Positions 9,756 to 17,469 of a stretch of DNA of 43,813 nucleotides are shown here, one piece after another. The notes beneath the pieces were generated by a model, which was not told where the DNA came from, made no database searches, and saw only the letters and a program-made list of their open reading frames with translations. Position 1 is the stretch's first letter. The number at the start of each line of letters is the position of its first letter. Source of the stretch: a virus (taxonomy: Duplodnaviria > Caudoviricetes); IMG/VR virus record IMGVR_UViG_3300036793_000032, positions 1 through 43,813 of that record. One strand, given 5' to 3'. Made by a program: the position numbers and the translations under genes.

Positions 9756-10148
9756 GTGACGGAATACGGAGTCTACATCGGAATTGCGTCAGTTGTGTTG
9801 GGCTTCATCGCTCATGCTGTCAGGATAACCTGGCAGGTAAAGGGGATGGAAACAGACGTTAGATCGTACATGGATGCTCAGATCGACAATCTGCAACGGG
9901 ACATAGCCCAGATCCAAGCCACTCAAGCTGACCGCGCTGAAACCATGCGCCATGATGCTGGAGAAATGGGATCTGCGCTGCGTACCAAAATCCACGAGGT
10001 CGAAATGTTCATGCGTGACAAGTTCGTCAGCAAGGACAGCTTTGAATTCGTGGTCTCCCGTTTGGAAAAGTCGATGGAAAAGCTGGGCGACAAGATCGAA
10101 GAGAAAATGGAACGCCTCGTCGATCGTATCCAGTCGAAGCAGGATTAA
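9756..10148 (+). CDS. Membrane-anchored coiled-coil protein (lysis-associated)
   Basis: GGAG RBS, GTG start; N-terminal TM helix followed by heptad-rich region. Confidence 0.6.
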   Translation: MTEYGVYIGIASVVLGFIAHAVRITWQVKGMETDVRSYMDAQIDNLQRDIAQIQATQADRAETMRHDAGEMGSALRTKIHEVEMFMRDKFVSKDSFEFVVSRLEKSMEKLGDKIEEKMERLVDRIQSKQD

Positions 10149-10155
10149 GCATCAC

Positions 10156-10548
10156 ATGATTCGTCTTTTACTGGCGGTGTCAGTGCTGATTGCGCTGGCA
10201 TCGAATGCGGAGGCGCGTCCTCGGCATCCTCGTTCCTATCAGGTTGGCTTGATTGTCAGTCATCCTGCGGGTTGTCCGCCTGTGCTGTTTTGTGGATGTG
10301 GGGCTGCTGTTCGTGTGTTCGGACACTCGATTAGACAACTATGGCTCGCGGCCAACTGGTTTCGCTTCCCGCGAGCTATTCCCGCTCCTGGAATGGTTGC
10401 TGTCAAACGTCATCACGTCTTTGTCCTTGAACGACATCTTATCGGAACGGTTTGGATGGCTTGGGATGCAAACAGCGGACATCATCTCACGCAAATTCAT
10501 CCCCGATCTATTGCGGGATTTACGATCGTCAATCCAGGGACTGCATGA
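10156..10548 (+). CDS. Secreted CHAP/NlpC-P60-like protein
   Basis: Signal peptide MIRLLLAVSVLIALASNAEA; FCGCG...LAANW...APGMVAV..HHV...DANSG Cys/His peptidase-like motifs. Confidence 0.6.
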   Translation: MIRLLLAVSVLIALASNAEARPRHPRSYQVGLIVSHPAGCPPVLFCGCGAAVRVFGHSIRQLWLAANWFRFPRAIPAPGMVAVKRHHVFVLERHLIGTVWMAWDANSGHHLTQIHPRSIAGFTIVNPGTA

Positions 10549-10549
10549 A

Positions 10550-10669
10550 ATGGAAATCTTGTTTGCCATGGTCGGTTGGTCGATTCTGATCCTCCTTACT
10601 ATCGAGTTTTGCAATTTGGTTGGGCTATTGCGAGGCGTTCCTGACCATCACGAATCTGGCCCGATGTAG
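10550..10669 (+). CDS. 39-aa single-TM peptide
   Basis: MEILFAMVGWSILILLTIEFCNLVGLL...; starts right after the preceding stop. Confidence 0.4.
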   Translation: MEILFAMVGWSILILLTIEFCNLVGLLRGVPDHHESGPM

Positions 10670-10729
10670 GGCCGCAAGAGATCAGCGTGAGCTGATAGTT
10701 GGTGGCTAGTCTTTTTCCATCAACGCCCT
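10668..10729 (+). ncRNA. Predicted three-way-junction RNA in the leader of the spike-fibre gene
   Basis: P1 AGGGC/GCCCT; P2 ATCAGC-GTGA-GCTGAT (GNRA loop); P3 GTTGGTGG/CCATCAAC with a G-U pair that favours the + strand. Confidence 0.45.
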
Positions 10730-10741
10730 CCCAACAACTTG

Positions 10742-10775
10742 GCCCGGCAGCACGAATCCTGCCGGGCTTTTTCTT
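10742..10775 (+). terminator. Rho-independent terminator
   Basis: GCCCGGCAG-CACGAATC-CTGCCGGGC-TTTTTCTT. Confidence 0.88.
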
Positions 10776-10786
10776 GGAGAACCAAA

Positions 10787-13081
10787 ATGAAACGCTGGGC
10801 CGTCCCCATTCTGCTGCTGGTGGGCTCGATTGCGGGCGCGCATGCCTTTGGGCTTGGACTCGGCAATCGGTTTGGGCATCTCGGCACCGTCAAGAATGGG
10901 CAGGCAGGGAACAATGCTCCACCGGCATGGCTGAATGGCGCGGACATCGGCCTGAATTTCTCGACCAACCAGTATTACGTCAAGGGTACTGGCTACGTTT
11001 CGCAATCGTCGCTATTCACGCTTGCTCGCAGCAGTCCGGCGACGGCCACGGATCAATCCGGGAATGTCAGCACCGTTGCCAGCGGCGCTCCAGCGATCAG
11101 TAATACCGGGATCAATGCTTACGAGTCCCGCGCCAATCTGGTCCTGCAGTCCGGCAGCATCGGGATGACGCCCTGGGCCACGTTCAAGAGTGGCACCGGC
11201 GCGATTACGGTCACCACGAACAGCGGTACAGCCCCAGATGGCACAAACTCGGCGGCGCTGGTTGCTATCAGCAGAGGCGGGGGAGCCTTTAGTGATTTTG
11301 CCGAACTTTATCAGCCATTCACCGGAACCGCAGCGGCCTACAGCGGAAGCATCTGGCTGAAAGCGGCCACGAGTGCCGACATCGGCGAGCATGTCCAGTT
11401 AGCGCTCAACAATGGTACTACCGTTACCCCTCAGGATGTCGAGCTTACCGGCACCTGGACGCGCTACACACTGACAAATGTGACGCTGGCCGCATCGTCC
11501 GGCTGTCAGATCATCGTTGGCTATACCGCGACACACACTTGGTCGAACCCGACCGGAGCCGCGAACTTTCTGGCGTGGGGCGGCGATGCCGAGCTCGGCG
11601 CTACAGTCACGTCCTACATTCCGACCACGACGGCGCCGGTTACACGCGCTGCCGACAACATCACCGCGACTGGCGCGCTGGCCACATTGCTCTCCGGATC
11701 ATCCGGCTCGATCGCGGTCTGGATCAATTCAGCCGATCAGAACGGCGTCGCCAAGACTCTCGTCGATGCCAACGGTACCACGCTGCTCGGCACGACCGCG
11801 GGCAATAACGCCACCTCCGCGGTCGGCGCAACGCTCACCAGCACCAACATTGCTGCGTGGACGCTGGTCAACAATCTCGGCTTCTCTTGGAACGCCAGCG
11901 GTGGTCTGCTCGACGTCATCAACACCACCACGACGGACAGCACCGCGCGAACGCCAGTCGGTCCATTCCACCTGCTCTCAACCGGAGGAACGTCGAACTT
12001 CTGGAACGGCAATGTCGGGACGATGCTGTTCTACGCGTCGAAGCAACCCGCGCCACAGGTCTCGCTGCCAACCGGTGTCACGCCAGGCTTTGTCAGCTGC
12101 TGGTCGAACTGCCCCGCAGGCGCCGCGCAGTTCCGCGATTTCACCGCCCGGGTCAATGCCAATGGCGGCAGCCCACTCTTCCTTCAGAACTCCGGCGCCT
12201 ACAACGCCACGGGAACGAACACCCCTTATATCGGCGGCGCCACGATCGGCAGCAACTATATCGCCGCGGCGGAGGGCGCGGTTTCTGCTGGGGCTACCCG
12301 TCAAGCCCAATGGGTGAATATCAACACCTATCAGGCGCCGACATCGAATCCGCTGAGCTGGACGCCGGACGCCTCTAATCCAGCCGTCACCGCAACCCCC
12401 GGAGGGTTGGATAATAACTTCCTGCTGCACCCGGCGATTACGCAAGCCTTCGCCTCCGGCACGGGCGGCTCGCCGTACACCATGTACTACAGCGCGATCG
12501 GCAACGATGGCGCGTGGCGCATCTTCTGGGCGACTTCGGCTACAGGCGTTGCAGGAAGCTGGACGAAGCAGGGAGTTGCCATCAACGCAGGCAACGCCGG
12601 ATACCTCAATCCTGGTCTGCCCTCGGTCATCACAGTCGGCTCGACCGTCTACCTGTACGCCGTCACCAGCGGCGACGGTGGCAACCAGATTGTCGTGTTC
12701 ACGTCACCGACGTCTGGCAATGGTTCGACATGGACTTATGCTGGCGTTGCACTAGATGCTCCGGCGACGACTGATTGGGACTTCGGTCGCGGCGCGATCG
12801 ATCCGTTCGTCTATCGCAACAGCCATGGCTGGTACGAGCTGGGTTACACATCCTATAACGGCAGCTCGCCGACCCCGCAGATCCTGGCTTACGCGGTCTC
12901 CAGCAGCCCGCTGGGGCCGTTCGTTCGTGCTCCGACGCTACTGCAGCTTCCGATCCACAATCCGACCGGCGATATTGCCATGATCTCGGATGCAAATAAT
13001 TTCTACTTCCTCTGGGATGAGGATTCCGGCGTGCTCAATGGCACGTCGAATCCCTACGGAGCGACGCTACCGCCTTATTGA
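10787..13081 (+). CDS. Head-spike-fibre-like protein with signal peptide, lectin-like middle region and C-terminal 5-bladed glycosidase-like propeller
   Basis: GGAGA RBS; Sec signal ending AHA; FGLGLG; ARSSPAT...ESRANLVLQS...AELGATVTSYIPTTTAPVTRAAD spike-fibre motifs; propeller repeats (MYYSA, IFWATS, PSVI..YLY, DPFVY..WYELGY, AVSSSPLGPF). Confidence 0.75.
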   Translation: MKRWAVPILLLVGSIAGAHAFGLGLGNRFGHLGTVKNGQAGNNAPPAWLNGADIGLNFSTNQYYVKGTGYVSQSSLFTLARSSPATATDQSGNVSTVASGAPAISNTGINAYESRANLVLQSGSIGMTPWATFKSGTGAITVTTNSGTAPDGTNSAALVAISRGGGAFSDFAELYQPFTGTAAAYSGSIWLKAATSADIGEHVQLALNNGTTVTPQDVELTGTWTRYTLTNVTLAASSGCQIIVGYTATHTWSNPTGAANFLAWGGDAELGATVTSYIPTTTAPVTRAADNITATGALATLLSGSSGSIAVWINSADQNGVAKTLVDANGTTLLGTTAGNNATSAVGATLTSTNIAAWTLVNNLGFSWNASGGLLDVINTTTTDSTARTPVGPFHLLSTGGTSNFWNGNVGTMLFYASKQPAPQVSLPTGVTPGFVSCWSNCPAGAAQFRDFTARVNANGGSPLFLQNSGAYNATGTNTPYIGGATIGSNYIAAAEGAVSAGATRQAQWVNINTYQAPTSNPLSWTPDASNPAVTATPGGLDNNFLLHPAITQAFASGTGGSPYTMYYSAIGNDGAWRIFWATSATGVAGSWTKQGVAINAGNAGYLNPGLPSVITVGSTVYLYAVTSGDGGNQIVVFTSPTSGNGSTWTYAGVALDAPATTDWDFGRGAIDPFVYRNSHGWYELGYTSYNGSSPTPQILAYAVSSSPLGPFVRAPTLLQLPIHNPTGDIAMISDANNFYFLWDEDSGVLNGTSNPYGATLPPY

Positions 13082-13214
13082 CCTTCTCCCGGTCCATACG
13101 ATCTTCCGGCGAGAGCAGTTCTGTCATGACGAAATGCAGATCGCTTGGGATCGTGAGGGGGCTGGAGAGGGGCTTGATGGCCCAGGCGTGCCATTGGTCG
13201 AAAGCGTCGGTCAT
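13035..13214 (-). CDS. 59-aa hypothetical protein
   Basis: GAGG RBS; MTDAFDQWHAWAIKPLSSPLTIPSDLHF...; below the ORF-track cutoff. Confidence 0.6.
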   Translation of the reverse strand: MTDAFDQWHAWAIKPLSSPLTIPSDLHFVMTELLSPEDRMDREKVNKAVASLRRDSTCH

Positions 13215-13234
13215 TCATCCTCGCACATGGCTTA

Positions 13235-13696
13235 TTAAAGCAGATTTGGGCGCGACGGCGTTGGAGGCTTAGGCTTCTGTTTCAAAGCCGCCTTCTTTTC
13301 AAGCCACTCGCTTCGCTGCCTGTTCGTCTGAATCGTGGTCTCAAACTCATCGCGGTGCGCCTCGATTAGCGCCTCAATGGCCAATAACTCCTCCCTGAGG
13401 AGTGTTCCACGATCGCTGCGTCCTCGGCCCCAATATTCTCCGCGCTCCCATGTCACCTCGCGGCCGATCGCCGTTCGCGGGTCATCCTCCCATGCGCCGT
13501 ATCGCTTCGTCGTGTCCGAGCAGGTCATGCAGGTCACCATGGCGCAGCGCTGTTTGCCGAGATCCTTTTCCCGTTGGAAGAACTCTTGCCGCGTCATGGC
13601 CTTCACCTTCGAAGCATCATATCCGCATTCGGTGATGCCAATGTCTCGACGCCATGGCAGCGAGGGTCTGATGATGTGGTCAACAGGCTCTTTCAT
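13235..13696 (-). CDS. Hypothetical protein with Cys motifs
   Basis: GAGG RBS; HIIRPSLPW, TECG, TCMTC. Confidence 0.7.
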   Translation of the reverse strand: MKEPVDHIIRPSLPWRRDIGITECGYDASKVKAMTRQEFFQREKDLGKQRCAMVTCMTCSDTTKRYGAWEDDPRTAIGREVTWERGEYWGRGRSDRGTLLREELLAIEALIEAHRDEFETTIQTNRQRSEWLEKKAALKQKPKPPTPSRPNLL

Positions 13697-13708
13697 GTTT
13701 TCCGTTCC

Positions 13709-13870
13709 TCACCGTTTGCGCGAACTGTTCCAGCCAAACAGGCGGTCGATGGCGAAGGCGACCCTGGCGATGAAATTAAGAACTGACATCTGCCAGCCGG
13801 GCCAATTTTGGGAAGCAATATCATCGGCCTTGAGCACGATCTTCTCCTCCTCGTGGTTATCTTGTGTCAT
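13709..13870 (-). CDS. Small hypothetical protein
   Basis: MTQDNHEEEK start; tight packing in the - strand array. Confidence 0.5.
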   Translation of the reverse strand: MTQDNHEEEKIVLKADDIASQNWPGWQMSVLNFIARVAFAIDRLFGWNSSRKR

Positions 13871-13872
13871 CG

Positions 13873-13989
13873 TTAGTGCAACCTTCCAATGAGATATCCT
13901 AGCAGCCCCGGAGAGAGCCAAACTGCGTAGAATGCGACGGTGGCTTTCCACCCGGTGAGCTTACGGCCAAATACTTCAAGGGTGGTCAT
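13873..13989 (-). CDS. Small membrane peptide
   Basis: MTTLEVFGRKLTGWKATVAFYAVWLSPGLLGYLIGRLH; GAGG upstream. Confidence 0.5.
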   Translation of the reverse strand: MTTLEVFGRKLTGWKATVAFYAVWLSPGLLGYLIGRLH

Positions 13990-14104
13990 CGTATGCGCGA
14001 GTCCTCTTTTACGCGGCGGATGGTGCTCCACAGAAGGCCAAAGAGCGCTACTGTCGCTATGACTTTTATCGGCCACGCATCGTCACTCCCGGCAATAATC
14101 AGCA

Positions 14105-14329
14105 TCAGGACCGGAGCTCCAGTGATTGCAAGGCCAGATGTGACATGTTCAGCTGGGGTCGTCGGAACTCCGGATTCTTCCTGATCGCGTTGCGACTCGT
14201 CACCATCGTATAGCCATCTTCGAACCGGACAAGGCAGCTATTCATCACCTTGGCCCGCACCAGGACTTCACAGGGTTGACCTTTGCGGCCCTGCCGGTTC
14301 CAGAAGTAGATGTAGCGCAGCGGTTTCAT
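14105..14329 (-). CDS. Hypothetical protein
   Basis: RKGQPCEVLVR..MNSCLVRFEDG..VTSRNAIR. Confidence 0.65.
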   Translation of the reverse strand: MKPLRYIYFWNRQGRKGQPCEVLVRAKVMNSCLVRFEDGYTMVTSRNAIRKNPEFRRPQLNMSHLALQSLELRS

Positions 14330-14341
14330 GGTCGTGTGATG

Positions 14342-14596
14342 TTAAGGTGAGAGCACTTCTGCCGACTGGCTGACCACAGAAGCCTTGATGCCCATGTCCG
14401 TAAGGGGTCCGTAGCCCTCCGTGAACTTGGGGTTCAAAATGTCCCGAGCCTCCATCTGAGCAATGTGCTCAAGATGGTCGTCGATGGTGTTGAAGGGATA
14501 GAAGACCTTTTGCCAGTCCTCAATCCATTCGGGGGTGAACTTCGTCTCATCAACCTCGACGTTGACGACAAACGTAACCTCGACCTGACGTTTCAT
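14342..14596 (-). CDS. Hypothetical protein
   Basis: AGGAG RBS; MKRQVEVTFVVNVEVDE. Confidence 0.7.
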   Translation of the reverse strand: MKRQVEVTFVVNVEVDETKFTPEWIEDWQKVFYPFNTIDDHLEHIAQMEARDILNPKFTEGYGPLTDMGIKASVVSQSAEVLSP

Positions 14597-14622
14597 TTCA
14601 CTGCTCCTGCTTAAACTGCTGT

Positions 14623-14853
14623 CTAGGAAAGGTTTTCGCGGCGGATTTCCTGCTCGATCCACCTGTCTAACGCCCTGTCCGCGCGCCATTGATTGAACCG
14701 GAACCACCACCAGCGCCAGCGCCAAACGCGGGTGACTTCCTCCTCGTTGTCGCCGCGCTCATTGCAGCACTGACACTCGGAAAATTCCGGCTCGTAATAG
14801 CCGCTCATTTCGCCGCCATCGCCGTTGCATGCCGGGCAAACAATGCGTAGCAT
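14623..14853 (-). CDS. Small zinc-finger-like protein
   Basis: CPACNGDGG...CQCC; coupled start/stop. Confidence 0.6.
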   Translation of the reverse strand: MLRIVCPACNGDGGEMSGYYEPEFSECQCCNERGDNEEEVTRVWRWRWWWFRFNQWRADRALDRWIEQEIRRENLS

Positions 14854-15050
14854 TAATCCCTCCCTTGCTGCTGAGTAAGGCGAGCACTAAGGTTTCGATG
14901 TGCCATTCTCATGTACATAAGCTCAGACAATATCGACCGCGCGATATTGCAGGCCCCGCACCGGCATACCCCGTCTGGCTGCGATGGTGCCCGATGCGCC
15001 TCAATATCGCGGCTGTACTTGCGGATTCGAGCGTCGATCAGGTCTTCCAT
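14853..15050 (-). CDS. Hypothetical protein
   Basis: AAGGA RBS; CRCGAC motif. Confidence 0.55.
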   Translation of the reverse strand: MEDLIDARIRKYSRDIEAHRAPSQPDGVCRCGACNIARSILSELMYMRMAHRNLSARLTQQQGRD

Positions 15051-15052
15051 CG

Positions 15053-15316
15053 TCAGTTTCCTTTGTGCGCCACGTCTCGCTGCTGATTAAGTGAAGTCGG
15101 CACTTGCCACGAATGGATGTTGCTCATGGCAAAATCCCTCGTGTGCCCCCTCTCCACATCAACGGCTCGCAATAGCCACTGTTGGTCCGGGTGCCATTCC
15201 GTCGCTTCAAAGCGAACAGATAGAGGCCGGACGCGGCGCATCGCGCGCTCGCCGCGCCAATTCGTATAGTCGATAACGACTTCTTCCTTCGGCAGGTTTA
15301 GGATCACGTCATTCAT
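15053..15316 (-). CDS. Standalone WYL-domain protein
   Basis: VVIDYTNWRGERAMRRVRP...QWLLRAVDVERGHTRDFAMSNI matches the WYL (SH3-like) signature. Confidence 0.8.
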   Translation of the reverse strand: MNDVILNLPKEEVVIDYTNWRGERAMRRVRPLSVRFEATEWHPDQQWLLRAVDVERGHTRDFAMSNIHSWQVPTSLNQQRDVAHKGN

Positions 15317-15329
15317 CGTCTCACCTTCC

Positions 15330-15518
15330 TTAATGCGCCAGAAAGTCGGGATCGTTCAGAAGATCCAGGGCATCGGTGATTTCCTTCGCGAAGCGCTGCA
15401 TTGACTCGTCGCGGACTTCGCCGTGGTTGATGCGGGTCGTCGATATGACGTCGAAAGCCCATGCCGAAGAACGGCGAGCGATCAGCGTCATCACATGTAG
15501 CGCCTTGGCTTCTTTCAT
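15330..15518 (-). CDS. Hypothetical protein
   Basis: ORF packing in the - strand array. Confidence 0.55.
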   Translation of the reverse strand: MKEAKALHVMTLIARRSSAWAFDVISTTRINHGEVRDESMQRFAKEITDALDLLNDPDFLAH

Positions 15519-15524
15519 CGTTTG

Positions 15525-15617
15525 CTACCTATCTCGGCAACCTGTGCCAGGTCTGCATGGACCGTTGCCGCAGATCGGGCATAGCGGCTTTGGTGGCGGG
15601 GGCGGCTTAGGAACCAT
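15525..15617 (-). CDS. 30-aa Pro/Cys-rich peptide
   Basis: GAGGT RBS; MVPKPPPPPKPLCPICGNGPCRPGTGCRDR. Confidence 0.4.
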   Translation of the reverse strand: MVPKPPPPPKPLCPICGNGPCRPGTGCRDR

Positions 15618-15632
15618 GTTCGACCTCACTGT

Positions 15633-15878
15633 CTATTTAGGTGAGACGCCGCCACACAGGAGCGTTAGCCCATGCTTAGGCAAATCCGCCATGGTCACCT
15701 TCTTGATGTCGGCCTTCGGGATCGCAATAACCTTCTGGACGATATCGGTTAGCGTATCGCGATTGGTGACGATGGGGTTGCAGAGCGCTAGATTGCAGGC
15801 GACGTCGCGGTGAGCCTTGGAGGGCCACTTTTGATCGTCCCTCAAGCCCATATCGATCATGTCATCCAGCATGTACAT
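15633..15878 (-). CDS. Hypothetical protein
   Basis: AGGAGAG RBS. Confidence 0.65.
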   Translation of the reverse strand: MYMLDDMIDMGLRDDQKWPSKAHRDVACNLALCNPIVTNRDTLTDIVQKVIAIPKADIKKVTMADLPKHGLTLLCGGVSPK

Positions 15879-15909
15879 TTGATCTCTCCTATTTGCCCTG
15901 ACGACGCGT

Positions 15910-16125
15910 CTAAGAAACTTGTTTGATATCTATCGGCTCTTTTGGCCCGAATTCTGCCTGCGTGGCCTCGGCTCCGGTCGTCATGTATAATTCGAAAAAC
16001 ACAGCCATCGACCACGCGATGGGAGACATGGATCGATCATCGCCATGGTGGCGATTGGAAAGAACATGAGCCGCCATCTTGCAGGCCTGCCAACGATACC
16101 ACCAACCGAAGAGTCTATAGCTCAT
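15910..16125 (-). CDS. Hypothetical protein
   Basis: MSYRLFGWWYRW start overlapping the upstream stop. Confidence 0.55.
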   Translation of the reverse strand: MSYRLFGWWYRWQACKMAAHVLSNRHHGDDRSMSPIAWSMAVFFELYMTTGAEATQAEFGPKEPIDIKQVS

Positions 16126-16388
16126 CTCACGCTCCCGACGTTCGCTTGCTCGTAGTCCGCGCATGAAGCGCAGTATGTAAATCTTCCTAGATGCGTGAGC
16201 TGGTAGCCCGTGACTTTGATCGCGGACCAGCCAGAGCCATACGTGCGCTCCATCGGCTCCAGGTAACCATCGTCACAAAGACGCTGGAAAATCTTGGCCT
16301 TTGATTGGAAGGGGAGCCTGCCGTCGATCTCGGCGGCAAACACCTTCTCCAGAGCGTTCAATTCGGCTTTGGTGGTCATCGCGTTCAT
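16122..16388 (-). CDS. Hypothetical protein, winged-helix-like
   Basis: FQRLCDDGYLE...YQLTHLGR. Confidence 0.6.
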   Translation of the reverse strand: MNAMTTKAELNALEKVFAAEIDGRLPFQSKAKIFQRLCDDGYLEPMERTYGSGWSAIKVTGYQLTHLGRFTYCASCADYEQANVGSVR

Positions 16389-16404
16389 GTTCCTATTCTT
16401 GCCG

Positions 16405-16707
16405 TCACTGCGGGGTTGCCGGCAGATCGGTCGCGCTGAGCGATCTGTTCATCGCCAACAGATCTTCGTAAGCGCGGCGACATTCTGCCTCGGTCGCAAA
16501 AGGGCCGAGCCGATCATGCGGCTTCCGGTCAACGGACACGTTGATCCAGAACTCCCCATCACGGGATTCCGTGAGCGCATATTCCGCCAAAACCAGCGTC
16601 CGTTTGATCAGGGGCGGCTTTGGGCAATCGTTTCCATCGGCGCCGTGAAACTTGAACATTTCAAAGCCTGGCGGCATTGGCTCGCCGCAGATCGTGCAAT
16701 TTGCCAT
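16405..16707 (-). CDS. Hypothetical protein
   Basis: GAGGAG RBS; CTICGEPMPPG.EMFKFHG..G.CPKPP. Confidence 0.7.
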   Translation of the reverse strand: MANCTICGEPMPPGFEMFKFHGADGNDCPKPPLIKRTLVLAEYALTESRDGEFWINVSVDRKPHDRLGPFATEAECRRAYEDLLAMNRSLSATDLPATPQ

Positions 16708-16744
16708 CGTCTCTCTCCTCAGTTGCCTATGGGGTCCGTGACCG

Positions 16745-17014
16745 TTAATCGGCCTCGACGTGATCGGGTACGGCGTCATAGGTCGCCGCGAAGATGTCAG
16801 GCTTGCAGGGATAGATCTCGCCTTTTACCCCTCGAATGATCCAATCTCCGAAGCCGGCGTGCATGATGCCCTCAAGCGTGTCGATCGACGCTATGCCATC
16901 TCGGTACAGTCGAACTGATCCGGCGTCGACTGCGTCAGCAAGCCAAGAAGGTAACGCCGAAGGCGGAAGTTGAACGGCTTCGATCACGACGGGCTTTTTC
17001 CGAAATCTCATCAT
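16745..17014 (-). CDS. Conserved phage protein of the RKKPVVIEA...GDWII...YPCKPDIF family
   Basis: Complete family signature; GAGGAGAGG RBS. Confidence 0.8.
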   Translation of the reverse strand: MMRFRKKPVVIEAVQLPPSALPSWLADAVDAGSVRLYRDGIASIDTLEGIMHAGFGDWIIRGVKGEIYPCKPDIFAATYDAVPDHVEAD

Positions 17015-17021
17015 CCTCTCC

Positions 17022-17207
17022 TCAGTTGCGTTCAGGCGCGGCAAACGTGACCACGGCAATGTCCCAGCCCTTGCCGGTTCGATCTTCGTCCTGGGATTGA
17101 TCGGGCCAGCGGGTCTCGGCGAAATTCACCGCGCGATCGAGCGTGTCGAATGGGCCGTGTTTGTTGCCGTCCTTGTCGATCAGTTCGTAGCGGGTAGGGT
17201 TGGTCAT
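17022..17207 (-). CDS. Hypothetical protein
   Basis: GAGG RBS; MTNPTRYELIDKDG. Confidence 0.6.
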   Translation of the reverse strand: MTNPTRYELIDKDGNKHGPFDTLDRAVNFAETRWPDQSQDEDRTGKGWDIAVVTFAAPERN

Positions 17208-17209
17208 GG

Positions 17210-17431
17210 TCAGTCCTCGATTGCGCTGAGAGCGGTTGGCAGGATGGGCACGCGCCGTTCCATCCGCTCGATGCGGAGTCTGGTCGGGTCGTCCCAAGAC
17301 TTGTTGAGGTCGATGATCTTGATGTTCACGCCAGCGCGGCCAGCGTCTGAGAGCGCATCATTCAGCGCCTTGCATGCCTCGCAAACACGAAGGGCTGCGG
17401 CGCGTTCTTCCGGGGTGCCGAAGTCTGTCAT
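17210..17431 (-). CDS. Hypothetical protein, first gene downstream of attP
   Basis: GGGAGG RBS; MTDFGTPEERAAAL. Confidence 0.6.
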   Translation of the reverse strand: MTDFGTPEERAAALRVCEACKALNDALSDAGRAGVNIKIIDLNKSWDDPTRLRIERMERRVPILPTALSAIED

Positions 17432-17469
17432 CCCGCGACCCTCCCGCTTGGACAGGAGGGCGGACACCG

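Noticed and set aside
10668-10729. Hammerhead ribozyme or c-di-GMP-I riboswitch
   Set aside because: CUGAUAG is not CUGAUGA and lies in a stem, there is no GAAA core, and c-di-GMP-I consensus nucleotides are not in register
6039-13081. Diversity-generating retroelement or invertible tail-fibre cassette
   Set aside because: No reverse transcriptase or invertase, and no duplicated TR/VR segment noticed by eye; a self-dotplot would confirm
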